Of a stretch of 36,164 nucleotides of DNA, positions 26,018 through 36,164 are shown in pieces. Position numbers and translations under genes: made by a program. The stretch is from Bigelowiella natans CCMP2755. Its lineage: Eukaryota; Protista; Cercozoa. How positions within the stretch are numbered: the stretch's first letter is position 1; every line of letters begins with the position of its first letter. Below the pieces are notes generated by a model. That model was given only the letters and a program-made list of their open reading frames with translations. It was not told the DNA's origin and searched no databases. The stretch lies in assembly GCA_000320545.1 (NCBI GenBank), contig ADNK01002957.1:1-36164 (forward strand), given 5' to 3'.

Positions 26018-26102
26018 GCACCACACGCAGGTGAAGCAACAGCTGTACCTTGAAGACGAACACGGAGAAGGAAGATTTGGTGTGGACCTGAAGTTGGGAT
26101 GA
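18600..26102 (+). CDS. CDC123/R2K-type ATP-grasp domain - hydrophobic linker - gamma-glutamylamine cyclotransferase (GGACT/AIG2-like) fusion protein, ~647 aa, ~28 exons
   Basis: Phase-consistent exons: 18600-18633, 18796-18851, 18924-18992, 19071-19096, 19223-19262, 19435-19516, 19686-19719, 19870-19990, 20102-20193, 20356-20463, 20774-20867, 21187-21258, 21502-21564, 21900-22010, 22273-22377, 22570-22756, 22839-22850, 23133-23157, 23552-23599, 23660-23731, 23854-23936, 24276-24352, 24797-24831, 25010-25050, 25157-25203, 25398-25469, 25676-25741, 26031-26102 (1944 nt, no internal stop). The two domains are well supported; the linker exons and start codon are less certain. Confidence 0.72.
18796..21950 (+). 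other. Coding region of the CDC123/D123-like (R2K clade) ATP-grasp domain
   Basis: Motifs FDIDVWYPRLKRHTYKSFFLPL, AFLRLCGRSPKD, EALALLLSSERVYTDL, IVLREW, REFRVYV, AISQYDHYTYYPEL, YCMDF and IEISPFLPCTGPACFSWTKDRDVL. Confidence 0.88.
24402..24445. repeat. (TA)n microsatellite, intronic
   Basis: Directly visible. Confidence 0.95.
24655..24768. repeat. Compound (AAC)n/(TAC)n microsatellite, intronic
   Basis: Directly visible, imperfect. Confidence 0.9.
25767..26014. repeat. (CA)n, (GA)n, (CT)n, (CA)n microsatellite cluster in the last intron of the ATP-grasp-GGACT gene
   Basis: Directly visible. Confidence 0.95.
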
Positions 26103-26923
26103 ATGGATGGTAGTGAGGCCGAGGGGACGGAATTAGCGAAGATCACGAACTCTTCCACAGCCGGTATTATGATATGCAAGCGAGTCATACGATAGAAAGG
26201 AGGGAGGGGGTGCATGAATCTCAAGCTATGCTTCTTTAATGCTATGTTACGCACTCTGCCGCGAATCGTACTGTAAGAGTTACCGAAAGGCACATCGAAT
26301 CAATGCACAATGAAAACACGCCAATACATGTCGCTATATATGGGATGGTGCCCCGTACGAGCCGTGGCATTCGGCTAGCCTATTTGTTAAGCGTATAATG
26401 TCATGTGCGGCAAGCTGCCACCATCGCATATAGCGCGCTCACCAGCTCCATTGCAAGTTCCGAACAAAGCAGTGCATGCTACTCATTTTCAACGAGGATG
26501 TTAATGAGAAGACTGATAGGCGCGATGATGAATGTGTGACTCAGAACAATAGACGCAAGCAACTGTGCACAGCCTAGAATTCAATGGAACACCAACTCGT
26601 CATTTGTGCGTGTGCGAATGCTGCATGCGCGCTACTATGGCTTGATACGCCACACCGTGGTGAAGTTGGAAATATAGCATATTGCTGAACGAGCAACAGC
26701 AACACCCGTGCCAGCGATGCTAACAACACAGCATGAGTGGAAGTATGCGCCATGTAAATTGTGAAAACAAACTTGAATTCTATCTCGCATGTGCACAGTT
26801 CTGCAAGCTATCAAATGTACGGATAGCATTCGAACATGCAGCCTCTGTGACCTGCGGACAATGCATGTCTTTTCTCTCGCAAAATTTTGATTTTATATAT
26901 TCACTGAATAGACGGGGGAGCCA

Positions 26924-27944
26924 TCATCTGAAAGGTTCAGATACATCTAAAAGTTCTTGCACGTGCTTGAGGGTCGATACCTCACTGTGAAGTTGATGCA
27001 AGCAATCATTCATTTCTTGGCTAGCTTCAATATTTCTGATCATTTCACACAGTTTCTGGTTCAAAGGAGCATCGCATCCTCGCCGCTTTGCCATGGAGCA
27101 CACCCACCCGTTTATAGATTCAATCTGGCAATTTCGTTATCCACACCCACACGTACAAATAATACGTCACGCCCTGGTTTGCATACTACTCCAACTACAA
27201 CTCAAGTCTAGCTCCGCTTTTCATTTCTCACCAAACAAGACGCAGGGTGATGAACTAACCTCAGTTTGCTTCCTCTTCAAGATATCTGTTAGCATCGAGG
27301 ACGTGTTTGCTTGCGTCATCTCTGAGACTCGCAGCACTGCGGCTACAGCATCCTCCTCGGATGCAAAGGCATTGTGGACTCCCAGGACTGCATCAGAAAC
27401 GGCAAAAGTCTCTCTAGCAACCTACCATTGACATAACAACTTACTGTTTTTGTGAAGTCGTCTTGTGGTAGCAGGAAGAATGTTAGCGCCCTCACCAGTA
27501 CAACCTCAAGCGTAATCATCACTATCATCACCATCATCATCATCAACAACAACATCGTTATCATCACATCTGGTACTACTACTACTAGTAGTAGTCTTTA
27601 TAAGCTGCAACCCTTGCTGATATCTCCCTGAGGCCTTGGGGTTGATCGCGAAAAATGTACCCATTCTGCACGCCTGTTTTACAAAAATGATGAAGATTAG
27701 TGACATATACACCCGCAACATACTCGCTATATACATCTCCCAGGGATGAAAGGAAAGATAAAATAGAGCAAGAATCGCAAGCGCGTCACAAGGTGATCAA
27801 TCTGTCAATATTCAGCAAAAGTGATTGCCATAGGAGAAACAGCCTCGTTTTTTTGTTCCTATCCCACACTAATTCAAATCTTGAGAGTGCAAATAAAGCA
27901 ATAACACCAATCGTACATAAAAGCCTTCTTCCTTTCTCCACCCC

Positions 27945-27985
<41 letters not shown>

Positions 27986-28975
27986 CTTTATTTCGTGAAG
28001 CTTCTCACGGTAGCAATACCGAATATAGCGGTGAGTGGATTGATAGCGCAGTTTATGATCAGTTTTCTCCACAACATGGCCTCTTTCTCACATTGCAAAA
28101 CAGCCTTGGGGAGGTATGAATTTAAATACGTATAATTAACATCGTGAGGTAACAATATTAGTAAGTAGCAGTGGAGAAGGGGGTAGAATAAATCGAAGTA
28201 TGCTCATGTTGTAAATCTTGCTCTGCATTTTTGTATAAGAGCCGCATAAAAGATACAAAGCTGCACATCTTATTCAACTGTAGGCCTGAATCACCACCAT
28301 GCTTACCACATCATCATCATCATCATCATGATCACCATCATCATCATCATCGTTCTCACGCAATTTCTAGACAACAGCAAGTTGTTACTCTTGTCTCAAT
28401 TCCACAATCCGTAAGCAACGATGCTATCCTTTCGCTCACTTCCATTTCCTTGTACAAAACACATCGTTATCATCACCGTCATCGTTGTATTTGTTGTCTA
28501 TCTCGCGTGCGTCTGAATCCCTTCAACATTCATACTCACTTATAACGATATGAAATTCGCAATGAAAAACGATCATCACGATTGTGGAAGAAGAAGGCTA
28601 TATATACGAGGAGGGTCTATTAATATACGTGTAATGAATAATGGTAGTAGTGTTTGTTTGAAACCGCGCTTGCCAATGCAGTATCCCCAGAGCCTTGATG
28701 CGTCACTATTCCAGGCTGAGATTATTTGGTAGATGGTACTTAGGGAGATTTACACAGGAGAGCTGCTCATACATGCCTCATTCTTCGATGATACCTCTAC
28801 TATGGCTCCGTGGCTTGTCGTTCCAATGGCTAGGTGCAGCTTTACCCAGGAATATCCCGTAGAAACATGCAATGCGGAAAACGACGACGGGTTGATGCAA
28901 AACAGAAAAGGGAGGAAACAGAGAACAAATATTAGCATAGCGGAGGAGCGTGCTGCTGGCTGTACTACTACGCAG

Positions 28976-29010
<35 letters not shown>

Positions 29011-29184
29011 TCCTTTTAGTGTGTCTATATGCTTTGCATATCCTATTTCTCTATTCAACTTGAATAATAAGTCCTTCACCTTATCTGTTCGATTTACAGA
29101 CCCGATAGCATCCAACAGGGTCTCCTCTCGGCCCATCCCATTCTGCAGCGACACCAACACTCCACCTACACGGTTTGATGTGTA

Positions 29185-29232
<48 letters not shown>

Positions 29233-30284
29233 CGTGCGTGTGGGCGTGTGGGTGGGTGCTCATGCAACATAAATAGGGTTAGGGTTGGGTATTATCACTG
29301 TCATCATCATCACCAACATCACCAATTACATCATCATACCACCTGTGCTAAGTAGCTGAGCAGCTATACGACCTGCCTCAAAGGTTTCCTCCACACCTCG
29401 ATAAGTAAGCAGCTATGAGTCTGTCTGAAATAACTCTTAAGATGGTTAGAGAGCATGTGTCATCTACAGATAGATAATCACAAGATATTACCCTTCGCAA
29501 ACACAAATCCGATCTCCGGCCGGCCAACTGATGAGATATTGATGGTGAGGATGATAACTAAGTCACAGGATATTAGCAGATCACTATTCTTCTTCTTCTT
29601 CCTCCTCCTCCTCCTCCTCCTCCTCCTCCTCCTCTTCCACTTTCTTCTTTTTCATTCCCTTCCTATCCCTCTCCTTCTCTAGCTTCCTTTTGTGTCACAC
29701 ATTTGAGAACATCTGAAGGCGTAGATGCTGTGTTGCAATCGACCCTTCTGCGACCCCCTGGTAAAGGTTGAACGATGTAATGTTGGAGAGCCTCAAACTT
29801 TGATCTAGCTCAAACAGAATTGCATATGAAACTATTGATTAGACCATCGAGCGACTGCACAATGATTCCTCCTTGTAGATTGATCTTCCGAATGTGCTCC
29901 TTCCATTTCGTGTAAAGGCACACGTTTGTGACAGTGCCCAGCGTGCCAGCCCATAAAGACCTAACAATCCACCACGGATAATCACAATCAAATAAAGCAA
30001 AGTAAATTCGCGAGATTTCATACCCCATGGCTCCGCCCCCCAGCACAACGCTGCGTGGCAAAAACATCGAGCGAGTTGGTGAAACACGACCGAGACTCTT
30101 TGGAGATTATCACCAGACGTAGAATGAGACACTAAATGGCAAACAGTTTTTATCATATATGTAATGAAATGATCCCTAATTATCATATCAATCAAATCCC
30201 CAGCTTCGATTCTCACAAAATTGTCCTTTTTGTGTCACAAGGCACACATTCTTGCAGTCTTATTCTTAGAATGGTCAAGTCCAT
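26924..30284 (-). CDS. panE: 2-dehydropantoate 2-reductase (ketopantoate reductase, PanE/ApbA family), multi-exon; 5' end uncertain
   Basis: Spliced motifs VVLGGGAMGSLWAG, GFVFAKG, VLVSLQNGMG, GTTSHGA, HQGSGDT, LWRKLIINCAINPLTA (catalytic Lys), GVQNG and NTSSMLTDILKRKQTEIESING (catalytic Glu). Stop at 26926-26924. Confidence 0.92.
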
Positions 30285-30820
30285 CAAATCAACTTTTGAT
30301 GGTCAAACCCATCACTGGATTTTTCTTTCGCCGAGGAAAGGGGGGGTACTAAAAGCCGGACAATTTCAGACTCAACTCTGTGACTTAAGATGAAAAGGAG
30401 TCGAAGAAAAGAAAGTCTACTCGCATACGTCGACAACGGGATCTGTCCCTGAATATACCTAATAATTAACTGCCAGAATTTCCAAAATAATATGTGAAAC
30501 AAAAGAAAATTAGATCTAGATCTACGACCAAACTTGCAGGGCTTTTATCTGCAGTAGTCGGAGGTATAAAGTCTGAATAAAACGGCTCGGCGTTTAATTT
30601 TCCAACCCAGACAGACACATGTGCAACAAAAAGGATAGAAAGGAGATTAGGTCTACATTGATAGGGCTATTTGTGAGTAAATTTTGACCGGACTTTTACT
30701 TAATTCCACGGCCACACCGCAAAGTCGGAAGTGCTTCTATCCCGCCAAACATCTCAGATTGGTTTCTTGTGTGTTTTCTGGCTCGGAAGTGAGCATGTAA
30801 TTTTGGAGCAGTTGTTTTCC

Positions 30821-33614
30821 ATGTCGCAGGGGGCTCAACATCGAGAGTTTAACGTGGGCAGGGAAACCCTTCCGTGGGGATTTTCACATCTGAAATCTGA
30901 AGAGAACAATGCTCAGAATAATTCTGTGACAAGCGCTGTTTGACAGATATCGCAGACGAGGAAATAAACGAGTCTGATTTTTATGTAGAATACTTGAAAT
31001 TCTGTGAAAAAGGATGAAATTAGCCTTATTATTCTTCTTCATCATAAGAATTTGCTTCCAACTAAGTCTGAATACTCAACGCGGTCAGGGCGGAGCCCCC
31101 GAGTTCAGGAGGGAGCATCCCACGCCCCTTCTATTAATCTCCCTTCATAATCATGCAGGGAGGAGATCCTTCATATGATCCGTTCCTATTTGGAGCGTAT
31201 TCTAATGGTGCTGAGTTGACCATGGACAACTTGAGCTTCCCTGGGAGTGAGAGCAACAGCTTTCTGGGAGTTGGCTCCACCAAAAGCAGCAACCTGAACT
31301 CCTTTGATCCATCATCTCTTTTGACCAGTGAAATTAGGGGACCCTTTGATGTAATTAAATTCCACATGCCTGTCTTCATAAGTAAGAAAATAAGTCCGTA
31401 AATCCCCAGAATAAATATATTTTTGAAAGGATATCAAAAGTATGATTGAGCATTCTGAAGATTCTTCCATATTGACTTTTCCTCCCTTCGATTTCAAAAG
31501 AAGATTCAGACTCTTAGTTACAGCTCCACCAAACTTCGTACATCTTCCCACAGCAACAAATAACTTTAATTGCTGATAATTAGCAAAAATCCGGATCGAA
31601 GGTGGAAATCCGGCCAACCAGAGTGAGTTCACGGAGAACGGTAAAACCACCAAATATCCACGTATAGTATCCACAAAGAAAACATTTACTTTCCATCTAT
31701 AGGCTGGCAAAAAAAGGGCATTGGAAACGGTTCCCGCTAAGACAGAGAAAAAGGAGAAGAGGACGCGAGCATCAAAACCTGGCCAACCACGCCCCCCAGG
31801 TCAACTTTTCATTTAATCGCAAGGCAGTCATTCGAATAGCTTCATGATTTTTCTCAATTTAAAAGGGTGTAATGGGAAAACTTCGACCTCCTTGAAGCTA
31901 TTCTGGTGCTCTCCAAAGGACTCAGGGGAACATCCAGTCGACTCGTATCAAGTGCAGAAGAGGGAATTTGTTACCGGTCAAAAGTCTAGGGTAATATTTA
32001 CTAGTCTCGACTCGCACTCAAAATTATGGTGTAGCTTTCATATTTTAAAACTTTAGAGATCTCCATGAAATTAAGTCAGTATCTTTCACTTCTTCAACCC
32101 CCTTCTCCCTTTAGGTTCCGCCTTGGCAAGATCTTTTCCCAAAGGCTGGTGTGGGGAAGACCTCATACGAACTACAGGGACTTTCACCTGGAACGTTGAC
32201 ACAGTTTAGAGTCAAAGCACACAATAAGATCGGATGGGGAAAATTCTCACGTGCGTCTGACCCATTTCCAACTGAGGTGCCGTCTGTGTTTCCCTCAATC
32301 TGCATCTTACCGTTGGAATTTCTCCGTTCATTGTGCATTAATTCCTACCCACCTTTGAAGTTACCTTTGATACCATATCTGCAATTCTCAGAATGCCCCG
32401 CAGAAACGAAATTTGAAAGGAACTTTGGATCCATCGGTAATTGCTCTTTGATAATTGCTCTACTAAATTGATTCAAACTAAAGTTACTCTCGCAACCTTA
32501 AAAAAAGATATTTTTTCTCGAATACGTTTTCTTTGTCTAAAGATGATCCAGTGGGATGTTCCAAAAATACGACTGGGTAAAGGAGCTTTCGGGATTGTAT
32601 TCCGTAGCGCCATCGGAGGCTATCGAGGAACCACCGTAGCAGTAAAGATCGAACGTAGCGTTCACATCTATGGAGACAATACGGAAGAAGAGAAGGAAAA
32701 ACTTTCGGTAGATATCAACAGCATTGTGGAATGAAGCTGTAATATAACGCTTATTTATCTCGTCATTTTGCCACTACACAGTCTTGGCTCCGCGAGGTGG
32801 AAATTTTGTCCTCCCTGCGGCATCCGAACCTAGTGCTGTTTATGGGCGCTTCGCAGTGTGAAGGCCGTTTGTATATCCTTACGGAGTATATGTCGGGAGG
32901 TTCCCTTGAGAACGCAATTTATCGCCCAATCAATCCATTGCAGGACCGGTAAGCGAGTTAACCTCGCCCCTCTCTCTGCGATTCTATCTCTGTTGTCATC
33001 ATTCTCACTTAAAACGTTACTCTAGGACCTGGCTTCAGTCCATCCTCGCTCAAGTTGCTTCGGCAATGGAATTCCTTCATTCGAATGATCCACGTATAAC
33101 CCATCGTGACCTCAAGCCCGCGAATGTCCTCCTTGACAAGACCTGGGTTCACGCCAAGGTAGGAGAACAGATTTTTCAGAGAAGCATGTGCAGATTATGC
33201 AGTTGTTCAGCTATTTTTTGTTTCTCCATGAAAAAGGTGTGCGACTTTGGATTTGCGCGGATGCACAAGAAAGAGGTCATGTCGACGCTCACCAAGTTTG
33301 CGGGGACAACACCTTACATGGCACCTGAGGCACTAGGAGAGGAAGATAACGTTTCTGCCAAAGTCGATGTCTACAGCTTTGGGGTAATGGCTGCAGAGGC
33401 CCTTATCCAAGAACGGCCTTTCCCAAAGTACACAAATGCGGAAGTAATGAAAGCAGTCTGCATTCGGAATGAGCGTCCATACAATCTTGAAGGGCGGGTT
33501 CCGAAGCAGGTGCAGTCGTTGATTGAGGAGTGTTGGGACACAAATCCAGACAATCGACCTGTATTTGCCACCATAATCAAGCACCTAAACTCGTTAGGAT
33601 GGAAGATGGTGTAG
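30821..33614 (+). CDS. TKL-family Ser/Thr protein kinase with an N-terminal fibronectin type III domain; 5' exons uncertain
   Basis: FN3: PGQPRPP..SLKLFWCSPKDSG..SYQVQ..YELQGLSPGTLTQFRVKAHNKIGWGKFS. Kinase: LGKGAFGIV, VAVK, REVEILSSLRHPNLVLFMGA, TEYMSGGSL, HRDLKPANVLL, VCDFG, GTTPYMAPE, DVYSFG, CWDTNPDNRP. Confidence 0.92.
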
Positions 33615-34193
33615 AGTAGTAAATAGTTGTACACTGCTTAAGATAGGCTAATATCACACTATCGGCTCCATCTTCCGTTCCCTCGTGTTCGTTAGCATAT
33701 TTGTTCAATAGTTTTGTTGCAGTTTGATGTCACGTTAGCAAAAGAAATACGAAATTCCACAACAAGCCCATTCCCTATCATGCACCACTATGCGCATTTA
33801 TTATTGTGCGTGCGCTGCATGTTGGGTGCGGAAACTAATTGCAATGTTGTTTGCGACAGATGTCATGCCCTGTGTGCATGTTCTAATCTAGTCTAGTAGT
33901 AGTAATCACGCCGCTAGCTCTAGTAGAATGACGACATCAACGCCAAATTTTACTGCACGCATGCATGCACATTTCATAGCGCGCAGCATGTGCTATTGCT
34001 AGATTGCTTTTGGCGGCGCACATGTTGTTATGCATGCATTTGTGTAAATTGCATGTTCGTTCGAAGTGGGTCAGACAAATTCTTCTCCTTACATTTGTTC
34101 AGCTTGAAAACGGCCTGTATTTTGACCATAAAATGAGTGAAGGAGTTGTCGCGCAAAGGGAATGGAGCTTGCGTTGCCAGATATTCCCACACT

Positions 34194-35173
34194 ATGGCGT
34201 CCGGCCCGTCTACCTCTACGAATGTGGCGGAGAAGAAGATGTCGATCGCCCCTGACTCGGCAATTTCGCCCACCACATCTTCGATATATTTATGCGCTAT
34301 CGTGGTATTACATGACCATGATGGTTGGCGCGCACTGAGTTCATCTTTTTTATTTCGCTCATGCGACTACTACCACATTTATTTCAGGTCGGAGCCATTG
34401 CATTCGGAAAGCAGAATATCGAGATCCCTTCTCTCACAGGCCCTCCTGCTGCGACGAAGCCTTACGATTCGTTCAGCGAATTCTACACTTTTTACTCTAG
34501 CGAGCATCAGGTCCTACATACATGTCGTTTGTTGACGATTTTGCTAGCATCCTTCCAAAACAGATACTACTCTACGAGCGATGCAACCGAGGGGCCCCCT
34601 TAATTTTACCTTAAGCCATTATCAATTTCTTTTTTTTCGTATCCTCTTTCCCCAGAATCCGACCTGCCGGCTGCTGCACGTTATAGGTTGTTATTATTAC
34701 AACTCTCCTCTCGCAATGTGATGAAGCCACTACCCGCAGCACTTTGTTTCTATTCACCTCCTCTCCCTCTTCCTCAGGAACAGGGTTGATCACTGTTCTA
34801 TTAGTCAACTCACAAACGGCGGAGCCGTCCTTGTTACCCTCCCTTGGCATCGCTGCTATGAGCGGGTGTGCTTTCACATTAATGATGATACTAATCACGA
34901 CTAACGATTCTAAAGATGAGGAGGAGGAAGAAGATAGTCAATTCTATTTTTAATGCTACGAATGTAATACCACATCGATGCGAACAAGTCTCTTCATTTA
35001 TCTCTATTCGAACTGTGCCGTCGCTGATAGAGACTCCGTATTGACAGAGAACGTATGGGTTTAAGGGGATAATTGGTTGTTCATATGAGTCTTATTTCTT
35101 AGTAATAATACGGGTGCTGTTGTTTTTAGATACATCGCTTGTAAGGCTCTCGTCGGCGTCGAGCATGGGTAAG

Positions 35174-35242
<69 letters not shown>

Positions 35243-36095
35243 CCCTATCGCGTGCGTGTATGCGTGCCTGTATTATTGTGAAGTAAAAAACAAAGAAAAA
35301 CTATCATCCATGAGAGACTCTTGATTTTCTCAATCAATTCGTAGTGAGATCATGTTATATTTCCTATGCTTTTTTGAGCGTGAATGTGACTTAATCGGTT
35401 TTCCTATCGTCATCATCATCATCGTCGTCGTCCTCCATTTCATTTTGTTGCGCTGTATTGACACGGAGTCCTTCCTTCGTTCTCTGGATTCTTGCCCCTC
35501 TTCTCCCCCCCTCCCCCACCTTCACCATCATCATTCTCCCCATTTCATCAGTGCGACTTATTCAAGCATTGATGCGCTCATCACATATTGACTCACGTAG
35601 GTTCTTCGAGTTTGGAATTGCGCTTGCATCCCTAATATGCGCGACCAAGGCAAAAAACGCATTATCAACATCACGTGTGCTGTGCTGTTCCTGATGCGTA
35701 TGGTGGTAACAATGGTGTACATGCAAGCAGCCCGTGCACGATTCAAGCTCATACTGTGTGATAGGATGAGAGAATATTCGTATACACAGCGGCAGAATAG
35801 CGCGGGTGTATTATTACTTCATTTGCATCAAGTCCTAGCAACGATCCAATTGTTGATGAAGCTACTATCAAAATATATTTGTATTCATGAACCCATCATC
35901 CTGTGCTTCGACTGCTATCGGCAAAATTTCCTAAAGAATGATGATGATGATTTCGGCGATAATGGTACTGAGCAATAAACTTATGATGCTGTTCATTAGC
36001 TCTTCGGGGGGAGAATCTCTGTTTCCCTTCTCATCCCTTTGATCGGTAAATATGCATCAAACACACGCAAAACGAGGCCTGGATGCACTGTGAGG

Positions 36096-36150
<55 letters not shown>

Positions 36151-36164
36151 ATAATAATATTATA
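34194..36164 (+). CDS. DUF962/Mpo1-like membrane protein, 3'-partial
   Basis: Spliced KPYDSFSEFYTFYSSEHQ|NPTCRLLHVIG|TGLITVLL matches the DUF962 N-terminal signature (FYPFYLSEHxNxxCRxLHxxGT). Further hydrophobic exons at ~34777, ~35130 and ~35601; I found no terminal exon, so it probably continues past the window. Confidence 0.8.
36099..36164. repeat. (TA)n microsatellite at the window end
   Basis: Directly visible. Confidence 0.95.

Larger units (their letters stand above)
23854..26102 (+). other. Coding region of the gamma-glutamylcyclotransferase-fold (GGACT/AIG2-like/YtfP) domain
   Basis: Motifs LFVYGTLKRGF, FPLV..GVPY, GYQVEGELYWVDEETLEGLDEYEG (Glu at the position of the GGACT catalytic residue), HYIRRKIKI and AFVYF. 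Confidence 0.92.

Noticed and set aside
29274-29290. TAGGGTTAGGGTTGGG telomere-like repeat
   Set aside because: Only about two units inside an intron; too short to call an interstitial telomere.
6926-36164. Metabolic gene cluster (SCCPDH, ATP-grasp-GGACT, PanE, DUF962)
   Set aside because: No coherent pathway, and the genes are interspersed with an unrelated protease, kinase and orphan.

Overview
Eukaryotic nuclear DNA from a gene-dense, intron-rich protist genome. It has GT/GC-AG spliceosomal introns packed with microsatellites, and the style suggests a chlorarachniophyte such as Bigelowiella or a relative, which is inference only. Most ORF-track entries are microsatellite or antisense artefacts, so I rebuilt genes by splicing exons by hand. 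Ten protein-coding genes are supported, in orientation + - + - + - + - + +: (1) 5'-partial hypothetical protein; (2) divergent FKBP15/WAFL-like protein; (3) saccharopine-dehydrogenase-like oxidoreductase ending in SKL; (4) C1orf74/DUF4504-like protein; (5) orphan Ser/Asp-rich protein; (6) cathepsin Z/X; (7) a ~28-exon gene that appears to fuse a CDC123/R2K-type ATP-grasp ligase, two hydrophobic segments and a gamma-glutamylamine cyclotransferase (GGACT/AIG2-like) domain; (8) ketopantoate reductase; (9) FN3 + TKL kinase; (10) 3'-partial DUF962/Mpo1-like membrane protein. The best candidate for an undescribed system is gene 7, a possible membrane-anchored ligase/lyase ('writer-eraser') for gamma-glutamyl-amide bonds. 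I recognised no rRNA, tRNA, CRISPR array or mobile element.
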